A stretch of 64,000 nt of DNA, taken from Massalongia carnosa (Eukaryota). Below, piece by piece: positions 39,454-51,445 of the stretch (position 1 is its first letter; each line of letters opens with the position of its first letter). Location of the stretch: NCBI GenBank assembly GCA_965645245.1, contig OZ287082.1:558001-622000 (forward strand), read 5' to 3'. The notes under the pieces were generated by a model. The model was not told the DNA's origin. It saw only the letters and a program-made list of their open reading frames with translations, and did not search any database. Both the position numbers and the translations under genes were made by a program.

Positions 39454-39532
39454 ATCGGTCCTCCTCCTTCTACACCATCGGTCCTCCTCCTTCTACACCA
39501 TCGGTTCTTCTTCTTCTACACTATCGGTCCTC
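39454..39532. repeat. 23-bp tandem repeat, about 3.4 copies (ATCGGTCCTCCTCCTTCTACACC)
   Basis: Direct reading of the sequence. Confidence 0.9.
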
Positions 39533-41219
39533 ACCGTGGGCCGACCGTCAAATATATAGATTTGCTCCAATCTCTTCGCATCAAAACAATGCTAATTTAA
39601 CTCGTTCACACGCGTCGCAGACGTACGTACGGAAGAGAATACGAAGGCCAACCGCCGGGGGGGTAGAATGCGCGCGTCCCTGCACCATGCTTCTAAGGGT
39701 TCATGTCCCTTCATGCAGTCATCAGCTGCAAGAAGATGTGGACCAAAGGAGCCACATTATCCCCCACCCGGGCATAGTCGACACGCGTTCTAGCTCCTGA
39801 GAGTTCAAGTCTCCCCATGCAGTCATCAGCTGGGATCAACAGAACGCGTCAAGGCACCGGGGCGAATGCTGTCACCTCAAGAAAACTCTATCTCGGAGCA
39901 GAATAACAATATCCCATTTAATAAGCCCGGCCTGTTAATTAAAATCGAGGAAAACACAGAGTCACAAAATATATAGTCATTAATCACACGTTGTACAAAG
40001 CTCACAGTCACAAATTACTCAGTCACAAACATACATTTTAAACGCACAGTCACAAAATCTACAGTCAAAAAAAACACAGTCACAAATCAATAACACGTCC
40101 TTGTAAAGGGGCTTCTGCGGGGACTCGTTAAAACAGATCTGCACACCGTTAATATCGAAGTACATAATTTTAGAGGTTCAAGTCCTTTCAAGCAGTTATC
40201 AGCTGAAAATAATGTGTTTTGACACGAGAATGGTGTGGATTTGACACGGGTAGACCTCGATGGATCACAAAACGACACAAAAGAGATCAGCGGAAGTTCG
40301 TTAATATTGTTCTCGAAGACCTCGTTATAAGATTTTCATAGACCTCGTTAACAACGTTCTGTCATATTGTTAATGGTTTAAGTCCGTTCATGCAGTTATC
40401 GGCTGAGAGCTAAAGACGGAAACCACGGGTCAGCTATATCTATCACACGGGTCTCCTTCTTCTACAATACGGAGCCCTCCAGCTGAAAGAAATAAAACAT
40501 ATAGAAACATAGTATAGGGTCACACCCTACACGATACAAGGGATTTGGGTTATGAAAACCATCCGATTGATGGCTACCGTGAGCAATACGGCCCGAACCG
40601 GAGTCGTACCGGGGATGGTAGAGGCAACCTAGTCATCAAATAGGACAGTCTTGGGACAAGAAGAGTGCAATATACGAGGAACCCTTTAATTGATAACAGT
40701 CTAGGCCCTGAGCTAATAGACGAATTTCAAACGAGCACCCCTCCGAGTTTTACTCGACTCGTTTTGGTTAGTAGGGACGGAAAATCGATACTATAACTCC
40801 CTGGTCAGGAGCATAGTAGTCGAAATTACTTCGAGAAATATTCTGTTCATAAACGGGAGTCCTTTTTGAGTAACACGAAGTGGGCGTGAAAACCCCGTGA
40901 GCCGTAGTATGCAATGGCGGCTACCGTACGGAGACCGTCTGCATAGCCCGAGAGGACAGTATGCGTATGTTGGTGTATACAGAGCAGGGAATGTTTATCT
41001 CGCTCTTAACGTGACCCCGTCGGTTCGCCGGCGCATGGGCTACGGCTAGACTCACCTTTGATATATGTTTAAGTAGTAAACTGGGTTTGACCTGGGCGAA
41101 ATGGACGTCGTTCACCCTAATCGTAGAATCTATCAATAGTCTCGGGCCGTAAAACGTACCAGTGAGATGAACGAAAACTGGGATAGAGACTTCACGAAGG
41201 AGATATAAGATTTATTTTA

Positions 41220-44200
41220 TCATTCTTAGCCCACGAACGGGAATATCCTGGGCTGACACGGGTATCATAAATACAGAAAACTTGACAAAGGCCTTTGCAA
41301 AACCAGATGTAGGTAGACCCCCACTCAGACCCCGAGCTGTATCTACTGCCCCGGCTATAATCAGAGTAAACAACACCACCAACGACCCCTCGACATCCCA
41401 AGCCGAATCAATGGACGTCTTATAAAGACACGAAATCTCTCTCAATATTGCAGTACAAGATCAGAAATGACAAAGTGAGTATAATGTTACATCTCTTAGC
41501 CGATCCGAATACTCAAGACTATGACATTATCGCAATTCAGGAACTCTGGCGCAATCCATCTATTCCTACCACCTTAAGCTCTCATCAAAGTGGGTTTCAT
41601 TTATTATTTCACCCAAATAGAGACACCAGAGTGTGTTTCTACATAAATGATACTATTGACCCTGATTACTGGGAAGTAGAGTATCCGTCGGCCGACATGT
41701 GCACCCTAAAAATTCGAATGAAAATTAGAAACACATCAAACGTGATCCACATCTATAATGTATATAATCCCTCTCCTATTTTCTATTCTTCTATAGACAG
41801 TCCGTCTACGCTGGCAACATTAAAACGCCAATTAATTGCAGAGATATCACATTTTACTGGGCGACTTTAACCTATATCATCAATTTTGGAATCATTCGAC
41901 GAGGCCTACTCAAAATGCGGAGTCGGAACAATTACTGAACATAATTAAAGAGGCAAATCTATTACTAACACTTCCAAAGGGCACCATTATATGGGAGGCT
42001 AGACAATCGTCTAGCACAATTGATCATGTATTCCTGTCAGAAGAATTAACGGATAGACTAGAACATTGCATGTCAAGACCGGAACTCAATCAGTCGTCCG
42101 ATCATATTCCGATCTCCCCTCGAATTGCGCTGAAAAGTGAGGTTCAAACAATCAGAGAACGCAGGGCCTGGAAACTGACCAACATGAGAAAACTGAAAGA
42201 AGCGGACATGAGGGCGCCCCTCACGACAACCCCCCGATCTCCCGCCGAAATCGATGCTTATACCGTATCAATTCAGTATTTTCTTCAAGAAGTGATAGAA
42301 ACCTCTATACCTTAGGCTAGACCCAGTAAGTACGCCAAACCCTTTTGGAATAATAAATGCAGTTTGATCACGAAAGAAACTCGTAGGCTCAGACGTGTCT
42401 GGTCTAATTTCAGAGTCATCTCTGATTGGATAACATACACAAAATCCAATTACAGAAAACAAAAAATCATTCTAAAGGCTAAAAGACTGTCGTTCCGCAA
42501 GGAAAGAGAAAAAGCCACCGAATCGCCTACTGGTCTCATGCGACTAGCCAAATGGGCGAAAGACAAAAGTGACCAGACAAGAGAAATTCCCAAAATGCCC
42601 AATCTCGTTCGAGACGACCAAGTAGCAGAGACGTTCGAGGAGAAATCGGACATGTTAAAACAGAAAATCTTTCCACCCGCCCCTCCGGCCGACCTCAGCG
42701 ACATAGAGGGTTTATTTTACCCCAGCCCGCCACAATGTCCAATAATCATAACCAAACTGTAGGTGATGGAAGCCATACGCCGACTCAAGCCCGATACGGC
42801 CCCGGGTCCGGACGGAATAGCCAACAGAATTGTAAAGTCATGCTCGGAAAAGCTAGTCGAATTACTCACCCCACTGTTTCAAGCATGTGTAGATCAAGCA
42901 TATCATCCTCGTGCATTCAAAACCGCCAACACAATTACTCTCAAGAAAAGATGCAAGGATGACTATTCGGCCCCGAACGCCTACCGACCCATATCACTCC
43001 TAAACACGCTAGGAAAAGTGACGGAATCCATCATGTCACAAAAAATAACCCATCTAGCGGAAACCCACCGACTCCTGCCTGACACCCAGATGGGCGCCAC
43101 ACGAGAAAGATCAACCGAATCTGCAATAGAATTGTTGACTGAACAAATTCTTACAGTGTGGGGCCAAGGCACAGCACATCTTTGAGCATGGACGTAGCAG
43201 AAGCCTATGACACAGTGACACATCGAAGACTGATTCACAATCTTCGCAAAAGGAAAATCCCAAAATTTTTACTGACTGGGTGAACAGTTTTCTGAATAAA
43301 AGAAGTACTACCCTGGCGATTCACAGCCGAGTCACGGGCATATTCGATGTATAAACCGGAATCCTACAAGTCTTCCCTATTTCTCCTATTCTTTATCTGT
43401 TCTACTATGCAGACCTACTAGACATATGTGAAAGACCAGGCAGCAACACGGGTCCTCTAGGCTTCGTAGATGACATTAATGTGCTAGCATACGGAAAAAG
43501 CATCGAAGAAAATTGCAAGACGCCAGAGGTAATTTACAAAAAATGTGAAAAATGGGCAAGTCGACATGGTTCAGTCTTCGCTCCGAAGAAATACGAATTG
43601 ATACATCTGTCAAGAAATCCGAAGAAATTCAACATGTTCACTGTTATTCAAATAGGAAATAAATTCATAAAACCAAAGACAGATATCAGAATTCTAGACT
43701 TCAGATCGATTCAAATTTGAAATGGGGTGCTCACACAAGGAAAATCCAGGGAAAAATGACAAAACAATCCAGGACATTGACAAAAATATCCACCTCTACA
43801 TGGAGCGCAACTCTTCTAAAGGCACGCCAGGGTTACACTACCGTAGTCCAGCCGGCCATGACGTACGGGTCTACCATTTGGCACATGCAAAAAGAAATTC
43901 AAAAATCAAAGGTCATCTCAAACAAACTGGCTGTCATACAAAACAAATGGCTAAGAAACATAGCCGGAGCCTTCAAAGCAACGACTATAGCTGTACTAGA
44001 AGCAGAGACATTTATAGCCTCAATTGACATACATTTAGATCAACTACAGGCCCAGACCAGACAACGCCTATGTCGAAATGGCCAAAAGAGTTTCATCACA
44101 AATGCATGCAACAAAATAGCCAATAAACTTCGAGGTCGGGCAGGACGCAAGAGGGCCCCAGTCATCACTCCAGGAACGCTGAAATACTCCTGGGCCAAGA

Positions 44201-44998
44201 GAATCATATCGGAGGCACACAACCCTCCAACACCTACACCAAATCCACCATGGGCCGAATCCCCCCCGAATCTCGCCCGAGAAATAAGGGAGGCACGCGC
44301 CGCTCATAACAAAATAACTGCTCAAATCAAAAAACGACACACAGTTGCATGGCAGGACTCGTGGAGATCATATCAGGAACGCACACCGGTTCCCACCCCG
44401 GCACAATCAGGTTTACTCTCTAAAAAACGCATCAAATTGCACGAAACTCTAGCCAAAGCGGAGAGCGCGCTAGAAATTCAGATACGCTCAGAAAAGAGAG
44501 GCCTAGCCGCCTTCCTCTATAGACTTCGAGTCCCAGACGTCTCGTCCCCGAACTGCTCATGCGGTTGGCACAAACAGACTGCAAAACATGATCACATGTT
44601 TTGCAAACTCAACGACAACAGAAAAACTCTGCTAAATACGATGGGCACAAACAACTATCGATTAATCACTGAGTCATCTAAAGCAATGAAATTAGTCACA
44701 AAGTGGCTAATGAAGACAGGTTTGTTGTCACAATTTTCGCTGACAGCATAGCATCTATACTGCTAACAGTAGGCATCCTTTGTTTCATTTTTCATACTTG
44801 TCTTAGGTCAAAAGTTTTTTCATGGAGCACACGGCTGGGACCCGTAGGGCCCTCGGCCGGACACAGGAATGCATGGTTTTTCTTCCTCAAAAGGTTTTCC
44901 ATGTACTATAAAACTAGATAGACTCGCCCGCATGGGCCGGCCTTCGGCCGGTACCACATCGGAATAAGAATAATCATCATCATCATCATCATCATCAT
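41220..44998 (+). mobile_element. Tad1-like LINE C (end of ORF1 plus ORF2 APE-RT), frameshifted
   Basis: IAIQEL, LGDFN, SSDH, APGPDGI, YRPISLLNTLGK, FVDD, CSCG..H finger, (ATC)n tail at 44973-44998. 5' boundary approximate. Confidence 0.9.
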
Positions 44999-45006
44999 GA
45001 ATCGCT

Positions 45007-48000
45007 TTAAGACTCTAACGATAAACTCTCCATCTGCCACCCATTGAGAAGCTCAAGCGAAGACTCTGTATCAGGATGTTGAGGACCCAATTTGTGTCAT
45101 CGTAGCTGAAAACATTCCTTTAGCAGTGAGAGAGCCTCATCATTGCGGCCTTGAAACTTCCACGTGAATGCAAGGTTGCTCATGCTAGTCAGCGTGTCTG
45201 GATGCTCCGCCCCTAGCACCCTCTTTCTCGTCGTCATCACTTGCACCTGCAACTCTTCGGCCTCCGTCCATCGTCCTTGATTCCTGTACGTCAACGCAAG
45301 ATTGTTCATGCTAGTCTGCGTGGAAGGATGCTCCGCCCCTAGCACCCTCGCACTCGTCTCCATCACTTGCACCTTCAGCTCTCCGGCCTCCGTCAATCGT
45401 CCTTGATTCCAATATGTTAACGCAAGATTGGCCATGCTAGTCAGCATGTCTGGATGCTCCGCCCCTAGCACCCTCTTTCTCGTCGTCATCACTTGCACCT
45501 GCAACTCTTCGGCCTCCGTCCATCGTCCTTGATTCCTGTACGTCAACGCAAGATTGTTCATGCTAGTCTGCGTGGAAGGATGCTCCGCCCCTAGCACCCT
45601 CGCACTCATCTCCATCACTTGCACCTCCAGCTTTTCGGCCTCCGTCCATCGTCCTTGATTCCTGTACGTCGACGCAAGATTGGCCATGCTAGTCAGCGTG
45701 GAAGGATGCTCCGCCCCTAGCACCCTCGCACTCATCTCCATCACTTGCACCTCCAGCTTTTCGGCCTCCGTCCATCGTCCTTGATTCCTGTACGTCGACG
45801 CAAGATTGGCCATGCTAGTCAGCGTGGAAGGATGCTCCGCCCCTAGCACCCTCGCACTCGTCTCCATCACTTGCACCCGCAGCTCTTCGGCCTCCGTCCA
45901 TCGTCCTTGATTCGAATACGTTAACGCAAGATTGGCCATGATAGTTAGCGTGTCTGGATGCTCCGCCCCTAGCACCCTCGCACTCGTCTCCATCACTTGC
46001 ACCTGCAGCTCTTCGGCCTCCGTCCATTGTCCTTGATTCCTGTACGTCAACGTAAGATTGGCCATGCTACTCAGCGTGGAAGGATGCTCCGCCCCTAGCA
46101 CCCTCGCACTCATCTCCATCACTTGCACCTGCAGCTCTTCGGCCTCCGTCCATCGTCCTTGATTCGAATACGTTAACGCAAGATTGGCCATGCAAGTCAG
46201 CGTGTCTGGATGCTCCGCCCCTAGCACCCTCGCACTCGTCTCCATCACTTGCACCTGCAGCTCTTCGGCCTCCGTCCATCGTCCTTGATTCCAATGCGTC
46301 AACGCAAGATTGGCCATGCTAGTCAGCGTGGAAGGATGCTCCGCCCCTAGCACCCTCGCACTCGTCTCCATCACTTGCACCTGCAGCTCTTCGGCCTTCG
46401 TCCATCGTCCTTGTCCCGTGTATGCCGATGCTAGCATAGCCATACTATTCAATGTCTCTTCATCCTCTGGACCAAGCACTTTTTGCCTGGTTCTTGTTGC
46501 TTTTAGGGCCATTGTCGCTGCTTCAGCGTAACTCCCTTTCGCCCACGCATACCATGCAGCGTGATATAGTATCAAGGCCCAATCTTGTAATGAGCTTTCG
46601 ACAGCTGGCTCCTGCGCTACTGCCGACTTTGCGTGAGGAAAAAGCGCTTGACACTTTGTCTAATTCTCGTAATTTCCCGTCGGAAATACTGTACTGAGAT
46701 TCTTGATGTACTGCTGCTTCCATCTTTCGAGCTGATTGGATGCTTCTAGCCACTTTCTGATCGCTAGCTGCACTAGCCCGTGCATCTCAAAGGTGGTTTC
46801 ATCCATGCTGATGGTGATGAACGAGAAGTTTCTCAAGACAAGTATGTCGTCTTCAAACTCGTCGACGCTGGAATCGGATACGGTATCCTTATCGCTATCG
46901 TCTTCGTGGTCATCATCTTCGTCATTTCCAGCATTTTCACCCGTATTTTCATTTCCTGCCTCGTTTTGTGTCTTGAGTAAAGCCTCAGGAATTCCCTGTC
47001 GATCGAAAAAGCTCATAAGCGACAGCAGATTAGCTGCCGAAGGCTTGATCTGATGAATATGATCAAACGATATTTGCCAGGTTATAATGATTGAATTTTT
47101 AGCCTCCAGGTCCCTGCGAAGATGTCCCGCTTCGTGATTCAACAGACTGGTCTTTCTTTTATCGTTTTTATAGAACTCTTTTATGTACTGTCGAACAGAA
47201 TATCTTGGTACTCTTTGTCGAATGTATGCGGCCGCTTGAATGATGGCAAGCGGCATGAATTCGAGTGCTGCTGCTTGCTCAGCAGTATCATCTCTGTCCA
47301 TCTGTTCTCCCAGCTTCTTTTCAAGGAGCGCTAGCGCATGTGTATCGTCCATCGGCTCAACCGGTATTATGTCGCTTTCTTCTGCTAGCCGCAATGCCAC
47401 GCTTTTAGTCCGGGAGGTGATGAGAATCGAGCCGTTTCGACTCTGAGGTAGATATGCTAACAGTGATTGCGTGAGCCCGCTTCTAATGCCGCCATCCTGC
47501 GCCTTCTGGCCTGTAGCATGAGTTTCGAAAAGCACAGTAGCTTCGTCGGCATTATCGAGGACCAGAGCCCACTTTCCGTTCTTCTCGTCGCGTAACCACT
47601 TGTCAACTAGCCGGAATATGTCCGCCTTTGGGTCCTCCCTGCCAGGAATCTTGACTTGCTCTGCAACATCCCGATAACCTTGCTCGATACGGGCTGCATT
47701 ACTAGCGTGTATCCAGAACACCCACGTCGTCGGCAACTGCTCTCTGATTCGATAGCAGTACTCGATAGCAAGCTGCGACTTTCTTTGCGAAAGTAAGCTA
47801 TTAGAACTAGCCTGAGGCCTTTTGGCTTACCCAACGCCGCCTAGGCCGACAAGCGCTACCCTTGATGCTGGCGCCGAGCACTTTTCGTGGATCTAATCAA
47901 GTAGCGTTCCGCGATCGACGAAATCAGGGTCGCGGCGGAAAGGAACAGCAGATGATGAGCTTGGTGGGGTATCGGGTCTTTCTACAAACGCAAAATGCTA

Positions 48001-48191
48001 TCAGCCTCGGCTCACAGGACGCTATATCATTGCGAATGGCGACTTGCCTGGACATTGAACAATATTGTTTGTCTGAGAGCCTAATCAGGATTTAGCATAA
48101 GATCAATATCGATGTGAACAGGACGCAAACCAATCACTTTCGCATAGCCTGAGACGTCACCGATCACAGCGCCTTGGTTGCCAGAAATCAT
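45007..48191 (-). pseudogene. Fungal NLR: short N-terminal peptide, NB-ARC, TPR array; three in-frame stops
   Basis: Exons 48191-48131, 48080-48048, 47981-47831 and 47782-45007. ERPDTPP..VPFRRDPDFVDR linker, Walker A GLGGVGKS, Walker B LVLDNAD, ILITSR, MPLAI, MHGLV. Stops at 47893, 46660 and 45097. Confidence 0.9.
45130..46480 (-). repeat. About 11 high-identity 126-bp (42-aa) TPR repeats
   Basis: Unit VLGAEHPxTLTSMANLALTYxNQGRWTEAEELQVQVMETSAR. Confidence 0.95.
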
Positions 48192-48597
48192 GCCAAAATC
48201 CTTCGCGCCTGTAGAGACTGCTGGCGTGTTACCGGCCATTGCTGCGTCGGAAGATTATAGACATTAGAGCTCAGGGATGTATTGAATAAGACTGAAACCC
48301 TATCTTTACCGTCCTCGGGACCGCACCTAGGCTCGGTCAGAAACTCGACGCCCAAGACTTTCCAAAAGCACGGTTCATCTATATAAATACAGGCACGGAC
48401 TCGCCGATGGAAGGCCCCCGCCATCATGCGGGCACGGGATAGATGACTGGCTGATAGAGCCAAGGCTATGCACGTGCTCAAGCGCCTGGTCTATCCATGC
48501 AGGCGGTACTGCGGTGTACAATTATCTCGCATCAGTTATAGTGCTAAGTTTGAAGTATAAGGGTACGACTCCTCTGTGTTGCGATGACAACGCCAGC

Positions 48598-49424
48598 ATG
48601 GCCGAACCGTACGGATTAGGCGACCCCCTCTTTGATTCTCCAGACGCGAATATAGAGTACGCACCAGATGTCTCGTCCGAGTTGCTTGGTACTGACCATA
48701 CAGCATTGTCTTCGTCCACGGGCTCGGCGGTGATAGAGTGAAAACCTGGACATGGGAGGGTCGCGATAGATCGCTGTTGTGGCCGCTAGATCTCTTACCT
48801 CAAGCCTGCCCAACAACTCGCATCCTTTCTTTTGGGTACAACACGGACTTTGCTCACTTCTTTCCGTTTGTTGGGCCGAAATTCATCCCGGAGCATTTAG
48901 CTATTGATGATCACGCGACTGCAATGTTCCAAAGCCTAATCGGTCTTCGCGAGAAAACGAAAACTGTAGGAATTGGCGCACCCCTTGTCTTTCCACCGGA
49001 AATACGCTAATAGGATGTCTATGTCCAGGCTGAATGTCCGATTATTTTCGTCTCGCACAGTCTATAGGGTCTCGTTTGCGCCAATGCGTTGTCAAGGCAC
49101 AATGGTACCGACATGGCTAGCACTAACCTCGTGGAGAGAACGATTGGAGTCGTCTTCCTTGGAACGCCCTTTGAAGGATCGTCAAAAGCACAATGGGGAA
49201 GCAGAGCTCTACAGATATTGGGCTGGATAAGCACCACGCATAAGCAGGATATAAAGGATCTTGAAGAGCGTTCGGCAAAGCTCATCAGCGTTAACGAGGC
49301 CTTTCAGAAATTCCTGAAAGCACGGGATCGTTCAGAATCAAGAGAGTTTGTGGAAGTAGCTTGCTTCTTTGAACAGTATGCTATGTACAAGGAGTGCACG
49401 GACGAGAAATTCAAGAAAAGGTGA
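48598..49424 (+). pseudogene. SesB-like alpha/beta hydrolase (NLR effector type), divergent from the NLR; stop in the nucleophile elbow, 3' end apparently lost
   Basis: Introns 48657-48703 and 48966-49028 give DIVFVHGLGG..TW..WPLDLLP..RILSFGYN..PIIFVSHSL*GLVC..GVVFLGTPFEGS..CFFE. TAG at 49065-49067. Confidence 0.85.
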
Positions 49425-49708
49425 ACAGCTTTGTGATGAATTTCGGAGAAGATGATAACTGATATCTGCGTAATCGATACAGATGAAAAGTGATGGTCAG
49501 GATCTTTCAACGATCATCATGGCCTCAGTCTTCTAAATGATTTCCATTGCGAAATAGACTTCAGCTTGCTTTCTCACTCAACAACTTCACGAAATCTCAA
49601 GCAATGGATCTTCTACCACTCCTCTAAAATCTTACATAAGGCAATCACATAGCCATACGAAAATACTGAACCACATACCACATACCTACACCACCTACAA
49701 ACACAAAC

Positions 49709-50135
49709 ATGTCCTCCTTCTACTCCCTCCGCGCCGCGCTCTAGGCACCACGAGCCCGCGCCTTTGCGCCGCGCTAGCTCGCCGCTAACTACCACAGTTC
49801 ATCGCTGCTGCGGATGCCCTACAAGGATGACCAAGACCGAAAGTCGCTGAAGCCCAAGTCGACCGAGGGTAGCAAGTTCGGTACGGATCAAGGCGCCGCC
49901 GAGACGGACGCAGCGTTTGAACCGTCCAATACACGCCCTGAGGAGGAGAAAGAAGCTGCGGGCAATAAGAACGAAGGTAACCCGCTGGCTGTGAGCGGTG
50001 CTAACCTGAAGAAGTCCGTTCCGCTGGGTGATAAGGGCGGTCCGACTATGAAGGGCACGACGAAGAATGAGGGGGAATGAGAAGGCTAGTGGTGGTGGTA
50101 GTCCGGAGAAGAAGGGAAAGCCGCCTGCGATCTAG
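49709..50135 (+). pseudogene. Small conserved-looking fungal hypothetical protein with mitochondrial-targeting-like N-terminus, disrupted
   Basis: R/S/A/L-rich start, then PYKDDQDRKSLKPKSTEGSK..AF..NPLAVSGAN; stops in the 5' part and a frameshift near the end. Recognised from memory only. Confidence 0.55.
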
Positions 50136-50348
50136 AGATGCTGCCGAAAGGTGATGGGAGAAATAATTCATTGAGGAAAACGGAAGCTTTGCATTAGTCT
50201 GCATTTTCGGTAACCGAAGTTATGGAGTAACTCAAGTTTATCGCGAGGTGAAATAAAAGTCTCGAACCCTGCCCCTGATCACGCCCCTGAACGCCGTTGC
50301 TCATCTGTGGCCGTGTGTATGCTCTTCGATACGCTAGTCCTACCAAGT

Positions 50349-51035
50349 TCAGTCGTATAGCATGTCTGAATCCTTATCTTCCCCCTTCTCTTGTACGGGC
50401 TTGCCCTTTTGGTCCTATATCTTCTTTATCCTGTCCGACGTATCCTCGCATCTGGGATTATACTTTGTTAAATGCGTTCAGCATATCGGGCAGGTTCCTT
50501 TCAGCTGCAGCCAAGGTCCCACGCACTGAACTTGTGATTTTGATGGCACTGCAGCTCGACCATAAGGGGTATAGATCGTTCAAGAACTTCTCGGTGCATA
50601 TGGGACACGCGTTATCTGGTTTTGGGCTCTTCTTCGGTATCCGCTCCAGCACATTTAAGAATTCCTGCGAAACTCCCTTCACATCCTTCGGCGGGTTGAA
50701 GATGTCGCTGTTCAGAGATTCTATGAGAGATATAAGGAAGTCCTTGTTGGCAGTCTCAGGTGCATCTCGAGCGAGGGTTTTAAACTGGACATGTACGAGG
50801 CGAAAGAGATATTTTGTACGGTAAGCGGACTGTTGCGCTGAGCTGACTCATTTGAAGAGAAGGAATCATTGCTGATTTGATGGCGCAGGGAGTTGAAGCT
50901 GAATATGACGATCTGCCTTCGGCAACGCGGCGCCGGTTCGATCTTGATGCCGTGCTCGACTGAGTGATGCTGTTAGCTTCTGCTTCAAGGTGGACATGGA
51001 GAGTGGGATGACCAAACTTAGTGTTGGGTCGTCAT
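50349..51035 (-). pseudogene. RING-H2 finger protein (resembles the yeast YBR062C-like family), frameshifted
   Basis: GVSQEFLNVLERIPKK..CPICTEKFLND.YPL, then in other frames VELQCHQNHKF and CVGPWLQLKGTCPIC. Short first exon and intron. Confidence 0.75.
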
Positions 51036-51445
51036 GCTAGAATTGTGTCTTGAAAGGCGATGAGATGTTGGCATTAATACTTCCTGAAGGAGCTATAATT
51101 CTGGGGAGAATGAGGTCGAGAGAATGGAACTTTCAAAGGTGAGCTTTGAGGAAGCAACCCTACTGACGTGAGCTTTTCAGGCACAAGCTGCTGACGCGGG
51201 ACCTTGGGTTATACAGGCTTAGTCCCAATAGTTCTGGCTCAGCCCTGCAGGCTGTCATGACTGCTATAAGCAGTCACCTTCTTAGTGATTTCAGCATTAT
51301 GCCGTCAACTGTTCATGTAACATACAGATCCAACGAAAACGCCAAATCCCTTCAATCACCCCGGTTTTTGCTCAAACCGCGCTGTAGCAGCAAATGCAAC
51401 GACCGGTCCCTTCTCCATGCGTGCTAAAGATGTAATTGTCTATGA

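Noticed and set aside
40525..41190. Possible degenerate gene on the minus strand
   Set aside because: Only short ORFs with stops and no recognisable motif; cannot be supported.
48188..48481. 97-aa ORF upstream of the NLR as an N-terminal domain
   Set aside because: It stops at 48188 in a different frame from the NLR ATG, has no domain signature, and lies in the shared promoter region.
49425..49560. C-terminal amyloid motif of the SesB-like gene
   Set aside because: The frames I read give no peptide resembling the NLR N-terminus; the region looks unrelated or truncated.
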